Part shown: in pieces, positions 48,349-56,232 of the stretch | Numbering within the stretch: position 1 is the stretch's first letter | Layout of the letters: each line of letters starts with the position of its first letter | Source of the DNA: Clostridia bacterium | Lineage (GTDB): Bacteria; Bacillota; Clostridia; UBA1381; UMGS1253 | Direction: 5' to 3' | Length of the DNA: 64,000 nucleotides | NCBI GenBank assembly: GCA_045636325.1 | Contig: JAZTXH010000011.1 | Coordinates: forward strand, 9,377-73,376 | The notes under the pieces: model-generated | What the model was told of the DNA's origin: nothing | The model's input: only the letters and a program-made list of their open reading frames with translations | Databases searched by the model: none | Program-made: the position numbers and the translations under genes

Positions 48349-48645
48349 CTTATTTCTTACTGTGTAATTTATTCAAACACAGAAAACGTTCTCCCGTTTT
48401 CTCGAAACGTATATTTTTTAACATCAAAAACTTTTTCAGGTATTCCGCTTTTTTCACACTTAGCACAGGTGCACACATTTTAAGAATCTATCGTTTTATA
48501 GTGTCTCCAAAGTGGCCGCCTTCATTTGTATATTTTTCAAACAGCAGTATAGCCTTTTCGCAGGTATTCAAAATTTCTTCCCTGCTCGTAAAATTTTATC
48601 TATATATCTGCACCTTACAATCTTTTTATTTCATTTTTCGTCTAT

Positions 48646-48674
48646 ATATTATCACACAATAAAAGCTCTGTCAA
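48646..48674 (-). promoter_or_regulatory. Sigma-A-type promoter ~300 nt upstream of copA
   Basis: The minus strand reads TTGACA (48674-48669) - 17 nt - TAATAT (48651-46), directly after the anti-sigma stop codon. Confidence 0.45.
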
Positions 48675-48700
48675 TTAAAGTTTTTATTTTGAAAATTATT

Positions 48701-49555
48701 TCAAATATTTTTTCTCGTTAATTCAACCAAATCACCGTCATGTGCATTAAGGCTTACTGTAATAGCTTCGCTTTCGGTATAAAAGCTTACATACCATATA
48801 CCGTCTTGCTCATAAGCGTCTGCATTTATATAATCTGTTGTTATATAACCCAAAGCTTCGCTTATTGCGCTTGCATTATCAAAAATCACATCGCCTGTTG
48901 CCGATATGTTATAAGCATCTTCGCTTGAAGTCTGGGGCACAGATATCATTCTTGAGTCCAAGCCTTCTCCACTGCCTGATGTAGGGGCATTGTTTTCCAC
49001 CATATTTTCTTGTGCATTTTCTTCAAAAGCAGTTTCGCTTTGATGTGATACAACGTTATTTTCACTTTCAGACATTCGAAAAGCATCCGGAATATTTTTC
49101 TGCTCTGCATCGCTTTGCTGACTTACAGTTTCCTGCTTATCAGCAGGTGGGGTGTTATTTTCATTTGCACTATTTAAGACTTTTTCAGAATCGGAATTTT
49201 CTCCCGCTGCGGTTTTATTATCTTTATCCTTAGAGGGTGAAAGCAGTCTCTCAGATGCATCCTCGTCAGATGTTATATAAGTCCTGTTTTTAATTTCCAT
49301 ATTTTGAATCTGATATTCACTATCCTGTGCTCTTCGTGCCTTGTGTAAATCCGACAACTGGGGATATACAACGAATGCAAGGGCAACAACAAATGCCGCC
49401 GCAACGCTTGCCGCATAAGATGTAATTTTTGTAAAATTATATTTAGGCTTACTTTTATAAAAAGTTTCACTTTTGCTTTTTAAAAGTATCTCTTCAATCA
49501 AGCCTTCTTTCGGATTTTGCTTATCTAATGCCTGCTTATACACTTGCTTAAACAA
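48701..49555 (-). CDS. Putative anti-sigma factor (single-pass membrane protein, no zinc-binding motif)
   Basis: 284 aa. Short cytoplasmic N-terminus, one TM segment (ITSYAASVAAAFVVALAFVVY), a low-complexity linker and a small C-terminal globular (PepSY-like?) domain. Its start overlaps the sigma gene stop by 8 nt. Confidence 0.6.
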   Translation of the reverse strand: MFKQVYKQALDKQNPKEGLIEEILLKSKSETFYKSKPKYNFTKITSYAASVAAAFVVALAFVVYPQLSDLHKARRAQDSEYQIQNMEIKNRTYITSDEDASERLLSPSKDKDNKTAAGENSDSEKVLNSANENNTPPADKQETVSQQSDAEQKNIPDAFRMSESENNVVSHQSETAFEENAQENMVENNAPTSGSGEGLDSRMISVPQTSSEDAYNISATGDVIFDNASAISEALGYITTDYINADAYEQDGIWYVSFYTESEAITVSLNAHDGDLVELTRKNI

Positions 49556-50045
49556 AATTAAACTCTCCTTTCAGTTTCTCTCTTAAAATTTCACGCCCGC
49601 GGTGCAACTGAGATTTTACAGTGTTTTCACCAATCCCAAGATATTTTGCAATCTCTGAGACGGACAATTCTTCATAGTAAAATAAATGAATAACCGTTCT
49701 GTATTTAAACGGCAAGTCTGAAACCGCATAAAACACATCACTTTCATGCTCGGTTTCAAAGCTAAGTTCTTCCCCTCCTGATAAGGGTACGGTTTTCTTA
49801 AACCAAGAGCTTGTGAAAATACTTTTTGCTGCATTAACGGCAACTCTTATAAGCCATGCTTTGGCATGTTCTTCAGATAAAAATTCTTTATCAGATGTAA
49901 GAAACTTTAAAAACACATCCTGACACACATCCTCAGCGTGCTGTTTATCCTTTGTCTGAGACAGGGCAAGCTTATAAATCATATTAAAATATTTCTCTGT
50001 CAGCTTTTCCTTTGAAACGGCTTTAAAATTCGTTTCATCAAGCAC
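49548..50045 (-). CDS. ECF-type RNA polymerase sigma-70 family factor
   Basis: 165 aa. Region 2 (AEDVCQDVFLKFL) and a region 4 HTH (LSVSEIAKYLGIGENTVKSQLHRGREIL). GTG start after GAAGGGGAGG. Confidence 0.85.
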   Translation of the reverse strand: MLDETNFKAVSKEKLTEKYFNMIYKLALSQTKDKQHAEDVCQDVFLKFLTSDKEFLSEEHAKAWLIRVAVNAAKSIFTSSWFKKTVPLSGGEELSFETEHESDVFYAVSDLPFKYRTVIHLFYYEELSVSEIAKYLGIGENTVKSQLHRGREILREKLKGEFNFV

Positions 50046-50372
50046 CTTAAAAACCTCCCCTTCATTTATTAATACTTTTCAGAAACCAAAAAGGTTGCAT
50101 AATTTTCAAAAAAATTTTTAGATTTACTTTTGTATTGGGTTTCGCCGATAACGGAATTGCTTTTTCTTAAAATATCCTTATAACAAACATTTCTCAGCAT
50201 ATATTTTATACAAATATACATGTATTGTCAAGGCTTTATATGTGTTTGACTTTAATATTTTTGCAGTCATTAAAAAAGCACAAATAGATATTTTTTGTCT
50301 GCTCTTATAACATTTCATCTAATTTTGTCATATTATGTACCAAGGGCGCGCCTTAAATATATATGAATAACA

Positions 50373-50525
50373 GTGCCTGCAGGCGGAAATGTAACATTGG
50401 TTTATAAAACAACGGTAAACGGCTTTACTCCCCTTGAAAGCGGAAGCACTATTGTAAACGAAGTTGTGGAAGATTCTGACACACTTTCTGCGCCCATCAC
50501 CGCCAGCGAAGCAGACACAGTTTAA
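50373..50525 (+). pseudogene. 50-codon C-terminal relic of a surface/adhesin-type protein
   Basis: Reads VPAGGNVTLVYKTTVNGFTPLESGSTIVNEVVEDSDTLSAPITASEADTV*, beta-rich and Thr/Val-rich like repeat domains of cell-surface proteins. There is an in-frame stop 2 codons upstream, no RBS, and the original terminator is retained. Confidence 0.4.
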
Positions 50526-50567
50526 AATTTTTAAACCATCGAAGCCTTTCAATAACAAATAAACGAT

Positions 50568-50609
50568 AAAAAAAGCCGGCAATTTCCCCGTGGAATTGTC
50601 GGCTTTTTG
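50568..50609. terminator. Bidirectional terminator (serves the relic and the convergent membrane-protein gene)
   Basis: aaaaaaagccggcaatt ... aattgtcggcttttt. Confidence 0.7.
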
Positions 50610-50713
50610 AAATTCTTGTCCCCCAAAAACAGTTTTAATCGTTTTTCAATCATCTCACCGCAGTTTTGCGTATTCTCCGCTTTTTAATGCAAACTCTCTT
50701 TAATAATTAAAAA

Positions 50714-51454
50714 TCAGTCATTTGCAATATTCGGCTGATTGTTTGCCTGTACGTAATTCGGCTGATTATTTACCGGTGCATGCTGCACAGGCGGCTGAGC
50801 CTGAGTTCTTGAAACACCTCCGCAAACTTCAAAGAAATATGCCTTATAAAGACCTGCAAAAACAGGAGCAACTGCAATAACCAATATGTATAATACAAAA
50901 AGTGCAAGGCCAAACAAAATTCCAAGAATAGGAATAATAGCCAGCAATCCAAGTATAAAAAATACGCCAAAGGCAATAGCCGCTATGCAAAGGTCAGCCA
51001 AAAACATCTGAGTCTTTAAACCATTGGTAAGCTTTTTTGAAATTCTAAGCGCTTCTGTTGCCTTAACATTGGGATAAGTAACTATAATATACGGAACAAA
51101 GCAATAAGAATAGCTTTTTACAACCGCAATAATCGGACCTGCAATTGGAATTAAAGCCCAAATAAGAATCCAAAGGTCCTTCCACGCCATAGCACCTATA
51201 ATACGGAAACAATTTTTGCTGAAGCCCACAAACAACTGGTCTGAATAAACAGCTTTTCCCATAAGTCCGTCAAGATAGATTTTTGACATACCGCATACAA
51301 GCAGATACGAAATCGCAATTCCCACTCCGGGAATCAAACCGAACATAACTGTCGCTACTATAACCAAAAGGGCGCTCATTAATGATAAACCCCAAAGAAC
51401 AAATGGTTTTTTTGCTAAAACTCCAAAAGCTCTTTTGTAAGAATCAAAAAACAT
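50714..51454 (-). CDS. Integral membrane protein (DUF975-like), Q/P/N-rich C-terminal tail
   Basis: 246 aa with ~5-6 hydrophobic segments. GGGGGAG RBS 6 nt upstream of ATG 51454. The family name is tentative. Confidence 0.75.
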   Translation of the reverse strand: MFFDSYKRAFGVLAKKPFVLWGLSLMSALLVIVATVMFGLIPGVGIAISYLLVCGMSKIYLDGLMGKAVYSDQLFVGFSKNCFRIIGAMAWKDLWILIWALIPIAGPIIAVVKSYSYCFVPYIIVTYPNVKATEALRISKKLTNGLKTQMFLADLCIAAIAFGVFFILGLLAIIPILGILFGLALFVLYILVIAVAPVFAGLYKAYFFEVCGGVSRTQAQPPVQHAPVNNQPNYVQANNQPNIAND

Positions 51455-51475
51455 ATATATCTCCCCCTTTTTATT

Positions 51476-51508
51476 TTAAGCCGAGGAGAGTTAAACTCCA
51501 TAGGCTCT
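51476..51508. repeat. Left arm of 33-bp perfect inverted repeat
   Basis: ttaagccgaggagagttaaactccataggctct is the exact reverse complement of 51749-51781. The bases outside both ends mismatch. Confidence 0.98.
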
Positions 51509-51536
51509 ATACTGTTAATTTTATCGCCTGAGAAAG

Positions 51537-51565
51537 AGTATATCATACTTAAAAAAGCTTGTCAA
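51537..51565 (-). promoter_or_regulatory. Sigma-A-type promoter facing the membrane-protein gene
   Basis: The minus strand reads TTGACA (51565-51560) - 17 nt - TATACT (51542-51537), preceded by TGa (extended -10). Confidence 0.6.
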
Positions 51566-51675
51566 TACAAACGCTTTTTTTGTAAATTTTTACATTTTTT
51601 ATAGAATTTTTGTGTGATTTAATATGTTTTTTTTGTATTTTGGCATAATTTTTATGAAAAATATATATTTAAGCC

Positions 51676-51704
51676 TTGCAAAACGTGAAAATATATAGTA
51701 TAAT
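51676..51704 (+). promoter_or_regulatory. Sigma-A-type promoter facing glgB
   Basis: TTGCAA (51676-51681) - 17 nt - TATAAT (51699-51704). Confidence 0.6.
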
Positions 51705-51748
51705 ATATAATATATAGGTAGTTTTTTCTGTTTATATTTAATAATTAC

Positions 51749-51781
51749 AGAGCCTATGGAGTTTAACTCTCCTCGGCTTAA
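51749..51781. repeat. Right arm of 33-bp perfect inverted repeat
   Basis: agagcctatggagtttaactctcctcggcttaa ends 4 nt before the glgB Shine-Dalgarno sequence. Confidence 0.98.
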
Positions 51782-51799
51782 GGCAAAGGAGTTTTTAAA

Positions 51800-53728
51800 T
51801 TGAATAATAATACAACCGGTTTTAAATACGGTATTTCAGAATATCAGTTATATTTGTTCAATGAAGGAACCAACTATCGCGCCTTTGAAATGCTTGGCGC
51901 GCACCCTTACGAAGAAAGCGGCAGAAAAGGTATACGCTTTGCAGTGTGGGCGCCAAATGCAAAAACTGTGCGTCTGACGGGCAGTTTTAACAACTGGCAG
52001 ACAGATGATATTTTTTTAAGCCCCATGGGCAGTACAGGTGTATGGTGTGTTTTTGTCGATTTTGCAAAAGAGGGCGATTTATACAAATATGTTATTGAAG
52101 GCTCAGACGGAGAGTTTTATTTTAAAGCTGACCCCTATGCTTTTTATTCCGAACTTCGCCCCGGAACTGCATCTGTAATAAAAAATATTGATAATTATAA
52201 ATGGAAAGATACATCATGGCTTAAAAAGCGCGAGAAAAATGCTCCTTATTCAAAGCCGATGCTTATATATGAAATGCATATGGGCTCATGGAGAAGGGGC
52301 GAAAACGGTGAATATTTAAATTACCGCGAAATCGCAGACAAACTTGTGCCCTACTTAAACGAAATGGGATATACCCATCTTGAACTTATGCCGGTTACAG
52401 AATACCCATTTGACGGGTCATGGGGTTATCAGGTTACGGGGTATTTTTCAGCCACAAGCCGTTACGGAGAGCCTGAAGATTTAATGTATTTTATAGATAA
52501 ATGTCATAAAGGCGGCATCAGCGTTATTTTAGACTGGGTACCTGCACATTTCCCCCGCGATGCTCATGGGCTGAGAATGTTTGATTCAACTCCACTTTAT
52601 GAATACGCAGACCCCCGCCTTGGTGAACATAAAGACTGGGGCACGATGGTGTTTGACTATTCAAAAAGCGAGGTTGTCTCCTTCCTGCTTTCCAGTGCAT
52701 ATTTCTGGATGGAAAAATATCATATAGACGGACTTCGTGTGGATGCAGTATCTTCTATGCTTTATCTTGATTATTCAAGGCAGGACGGGCAGTGGGTTAA
52801 AAACAGACATGGCGGAAACGAAAACCTTGAAGCTATTGAATTTTTGAAAAACCTAAACAAAACCATATTTTCTGCCTTCCCCGGTGCGCTTATGATAGCA
52901 GAAGAGTCCACCGCATGGCCGAATATCACAAAACCCATTCATGAGGGTGGCCTCGGCTTTAACTATAAATGGAATATGGGATGGATGAACGATACATTAA
53001 GATACGTTTCAATGGATCCGTATTTTAGAAAATTTAACCATAATATTCTTACGTTTTTAATGTGCTATGCATTTTCCGAAAACTATATCCTGCCGCTTTC
53101 TCACGATGAGGTGGTTCACGGCAAACGTTCGCTGATTGACAAAATGTACGGCACTTATGAAGAAAAATTTTCATCACTTAAAATGTATTATGCTTATGCT
53201 TATGCTCATCCCGGTAAAAAGCTTTTATTTATGGGAAGTGAGTTCGGCCAGTTTGTCGAATGGCGCCCGTCAGAAGAGCTTGACTGGATGCTTTTAGAAT
53301 ACGAAAGTCATAACAATCTTTTTAAATACGTTAAAGAGCTTAATAATTTTTATAAAAACGAAAAACCTTTCTGGGAAATTGAAGACAGCTGGGATGGTTT
53401 TAAATGGATTAATGAACACGACGGGTCAAACAGTGTGCTTTCTTTTGTAAGATATGCAAAAAGCAAGGCAAACTGCACTGTGGTTGTATCTAATTTCACC
53501 CCCGTTGAACGAATAAAATACAGGCTTGGCGTTCCCTCGGGAGGTGAGTGGGAGATTGTTTTAAACAGTGATGATATAAAGTTTGGCGGCGGGAGTGTAA
53601 TTTCTTGCACAAAGGCAAAAAAAGACCTGTGCGACGGATTTAAAAATTATATTGAGCTTGATTTACCCGGCCTTACAACCCTTTATTTAAAAAAGAAAAA
53701 GAAAATCCGTAATAGAAAAGAAAGTTAA
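51800..53728 (+). CDS. glgB: 1,4-alpha-glucan branching enzyme
   Basis: 642 aa. GH13 motifs HIDGLRVDAVSSMLY, MIAEESTAWP and SHDEVVHGK. TTG start 8 nt after AAGGAG. Confidence 0.95.
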   Translation: MNNNTTGFKYGISEYQLYLFNEGTNYRAFEMLGAHPYEESGRKGIRFAVWAPNAKTVRLTGSFNNWQTDDIFLSPMGSTGVWCVFVDFAKEGDLYKYVIEGSDGEFYFKADPYAFYSELRPGTASVIKNIDNYKWKDTSWLKKREKNAPYSKPMLIYEMHMGSWRRGENGEYLNYREIADKLVPYLNEMGYTHLELMPVTEYPFDGSWGYQVTGYFSATSRYGEPEDLMYFIDKCHKGGISVILDWVPAHFPRDAHGLRMFDSTPLYEYADPRLGEHKDWGTMVFDYSKSEVVSFLLSSAYFWMEKYHIDGLRVDAVSSMLYLDYSRQDGQWVKNRHGGNENLEAIEFLKNLNKTIFSAFPGALMIAEESTAWPNITKPIHEGGLGFNYKWNMGWMNDTLRYVSMDPYFRKFNHNILTFLMCYAFSENYILPLSHDEVVHGKRSLIDKMYGTYEEKFSSLKMYYAYAYAHPGKKLLFMGSEFGQFVEWRPSEELDWMLLEYESHNNLFKYVKELNNFYKNEKPFWEIEDSWDGFKWINEHDGSNSVLSFVRYAKSKANCTVVVSNFTPVERIKYRLGVPSGGEWEIVLNSDDIKFGGGSVISCTKAKKDLCDGFKNYIELDLPGLTTLYLKKKKKIRNRKES

Positions 53729-53814
53729 TTAATAAAATTATATAATATGCAGTAAATAGATGTGCGAAAACAATTTACTCATAAAACTCATAAATAAGAC
53801 AGGAGGAGAGAAAC

Positions 53815-55047
53815 ATGGATTGCATTGCTATGATTTTGGCAGGCGGTCAGGGAAGCCGTTTGGGAGCTTTAACAAAAGACGTTGCAAAACCTGCGGTTTC
53901 ATTTGGAGGCAAATACCGTATTATTGATTTTGCCTTGAGTAACTGTGCTCATTCGGGCATTGATACGGTAGGTGTTTTAACTCAGTATCAGCCATTGGAG
54001 CTTAATACCTATATCGGTAACGGAGTTCCATGGGATTTGGACAGAAATTACGGGGGCGTGTTTGTTCTTCCCCCATATCAGAAAGCGGAAAAAGGTGAGT
54101 GGTATAAGGGAACGGCAAACGCCATTTATCAGAACATCAGCTTTATTGAGCAGTTTAATCCTGATAACATACTCATTTTATCAGGTGACCATATTTATAA
54201 AATGAATTATCAAAAGATGCTTATGGCACACATTGAAAAGGGTGCTGATGCAACAGTTGCTGTTATGCCTGTTGCATGGGAAGAAGCATCCCGATTTGGC
54301 ATTATGTCAACCGATTCTGAGGGTAAAATCACAGAATTTGCTGAAAAACCAAAGGAGCCCAAAAGCAATCTTGCATCTATGGGCATTTACATCTTTAACT
54401 GGCAGAAATTAAAAAAATACCTTATTGAAGACGAAAACACTCCTGGATCAGATAACGATTTCGGTAAAAACATCATTCCCGAAATGCTTGGTGCTTCTGA
54501 GAAAATGTATGCATATAATTTTGAGGGATACTGGAGAGATGTTGGTACAATTCAGAGCCTTTGGGACGCTCATATGGATATGCTCTCTGACCCGCCCCGC
54601 CTTAACGTACAGGATTCTTCATGGGTTATATATTCAAGAAACCCCGTTAAACCTCCTCACTTTATAACTAAAGGTGCGATACTTAAAAACAGCTGTATAA
54701 CTGAAGGCTGTTATGTATCCGGTGTGGTTGACCACAGTATACTGTCCGAGGGTGTTAACGTTGAAAGTGGCGCTATTGTTCGTGACAGTGTTATTATGTC
54801 CGGTTGCGTTATAGGAGCAGGCTCAATAGTTGAAAAAGCTATCATCGGCCCTGGCACAGTAATCGGTGAAAACTGCGTAATCGGCCTTAAGGAAGCAAGC
54901 GGAGAAAACCCATATGCCTCTCCCATGTGCAGTGATGGTATAGTACTTATCGGCTGTGAGCTCAACATTGCCGATAGCACGCAGATTTATAAGAATTCTA
55001 TGGTAGAACATGATATATTAACAGATAAGGGAGGCGCAAATCAGTGA
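53815..55047 (+). CDS. glgC: Glucose-1-phosphate adenylyltransferase
   Basis: [14 protein letters not shown]...[21 protein letters not shown], followed by a C-terminal left-handed beta-helix. Confidence 0.95.
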   Translation: MDCIAMILAGGQGSRLGALTKDVAKPAVSFGGKYRIIDFALSNCAHSGIDTVGVLTQYQPLELNTYIGNGVPWDLDRNYGGVFVLPPYQKAEKGEWYKGTANAIYQNISFIEQFNPDNILILSGDHIYKMNYQKMLMAHIEKGADATVAVMPVAWEEASRFGIMSTDSEGKITEFAEKPKEPKSNLASMGIYIFNWQKLKKYLIEDENTPGSDNDFGKNIIPEMLGASEKMYAYNFEGYWRDVGTIQSLWDAHMDMLSDPPRLNVQDSSWVIYSRNPVKPPHFITKGAILKNSCITEGCYVSGVVDHSILSEGVNVESGAIVRDSVIMSGCVIGAGSIVEKAIIGPGTVIGENCVIGLKEASGENPYASPMCSDGIVLIGCELNIADSTQIYKNSMVEHDILTDKGGANQ

Positions 55048-56165
55048 ACAGTTTAATGGGAATTATCCTTACAGAGGATAAATCAAAACACTTAGGTGCG
55101 CTTACCGAAAAGCGTGCAATTTCAGCGATGCCTATTGGCGGCAGATACCGTCTTATTGACTTTATACTGTCAAATATGGTAAACTCAGATATTGACCAGG
55201 TCGGCATTGCGACACAGTATAACTATCAATCCCTTATGGACCATATAGGCTCAGGCAAACCCTGGGATTTAAACCGTAAAAACCGCGGTCTTTTCATTTT
55301 GCCCCCTTTCGTTGGCAGAGAAAACAGCTTTTCAGGCGACGGTGATTTGGACGTTTTATACGGCATTTCCAATTTTATTCACCGAAGCCCATATGATTAT
55401 GTGCTTCTGACAAACGGGTCTATTATGTTTAACACAACGTTCCGTGATATGCTTAAATGCCATATAAAGTCAGGTGCAGATATTACTGTTATGTATAATA
55501 CAGAGGAGGGTGCCTCGAGCGAATTTCTTTCAAGACATACGGTAATTGAAACTGACAACGAGGGCTTTATTACAGATATTATAAAAAACCATCACAATCC
55601 AAAAAGCCGCAAAGTGTCAATGGACACATATATTTTGAGCCGTTCACTTCTTATAAATATAATCGAAGACTGTGTTTCTCACGGCGAACACGATTTTGTT
55701 TTAGACGTGCTTGTTAAAGGTCTTTCACGCTTTAAAATAAATTCTTATGAAGCAAGCGGTTACGTTGGCAGAGTTGACACAATAGAAAGCTATTATTCAA
55801 ATAATATGAAGCTTTTGGATACTGCAGTAAGACGAGAGATGTTTTTATCCAAAAACAAGATATATACAAAGGTTAAAGACCAGGTACCCACTCACTACGG
55901 TGAGGGTGCGGTTGTGGCTGACTGTATGATAGCAGACGGCTGTAAAATTGAGGGTAAGGTTGAAAATTCAATTATTTTCCGCGGCGTTCAGATTGAAAAG
56001 GGTGCAGTGGTTAAAAATTCAATAGTTATGCAAAACAGCATAATACAGTCAAATTGTTATATTGAAAACGCAGTTTTGGATAAGGAAGTTATCGTAAAAG
56101 CAGGAAAAACACTTACAGGTCAGCCAAACTTCCCGTTTGTTGTTCCGAAAACAAGTATTATTTAA
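55044..56165 (+). CDS. glgD: Glucose-1-phosphate adenylyltransferase, GlgD regulatory subunit
   Basis: 373 aa GlgC paralogue ([21 protein letters not shown]) lacking the GGxGxRL motif. Its GTG start overlaps the glgC stop. Confidence 0.85.
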   Translation: MNSLMGIILTEDKSKHLGALTEKRAISAMPIGGRYRLIDFILSNMVNSDIDQVGIATQYNYQSLMDHIGSGKPWDLNRKNRGLFILPPFVGRENSFSGDGDLDVLYGISNFIHRSPYDYVLLTNGSIMFNTTFRDMLKCHIKSGADITVMYNTEEGASSEFLSRHTVIETDNEGFITDIIKNHHNPKSRKVSMDTYILSRSLLINIIEDCVSHGEHDFVLDVLVKGLSRFKINSYEASGYVGRVDTIESYYSNNMKLLDTAVRREMFLSKNKIYTKVKDQVPTHYGEGAVVADCMIADGCKIEGKVENSIIFRGVQIEKGAVVKNSIVMQNSIIQSNCYIENAVLDKEVIVKAGKTLTGQPNFPFVVPKTSII

Positions 56166-56232
56166 TTATAACAATTACTGTCTGCCGTTTTTAGCAAGAC
56201 AGTTATACCATACAAAACCGGAGTGATTAGAA

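Larger units (their letters stand above)
51476..51781. promoter_or_regulatory. IR-bounded divergent-promoter cassette (candidate invertible segment)
   Basis: Two perfect 33-bp inverted repeats flank 240 bp that contain outward-facing promoters for the membrane-protein gene and glgB. Confidence 0.6.

Noticed and set aside
48369-48478. Small Cys-rich ORF (VCTCAKCEKSG...) and an overlapping 42-codon ORF ending 1 nt before the copA start
   Set aside because: Neither has a Shine-Dalgarno sequence or matches CopZ, CsoR or CopY motifs, and they overlap each other in different frames. I kept them only as part of the copA-leader observation, not as gene calls.
50328-50582. 84-aa minus-strand ORF rich in Cys and aromatic residues
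   Set aside because: It overlaps the plus-strand surface-protein relic and starts inside the terminator stem. It has no RBS, and its composition looks like the antisense of a real coding fragment.
51676-51692. Possible CcpA cre site overlapping the glgB promoter -35 (TGCAAAACGTGAAA)
   Set aside because: The TG...CG spacing is one base longer than in the cre consensus (TGWAARCGYTWNCW) and the right half does not match.
51476-51781. MITE or insertion-element interpretation of the IR-bounded cassette
   Set aside because: No target-site duplication flanks the arms (ttatt on the left, ggcaa on the right). The interior consists of two functional-looking outward promoters serving the adjacent genes, and no second copy was noticed in the window. 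A whole-genome copy count is still needed to exclude this fully.
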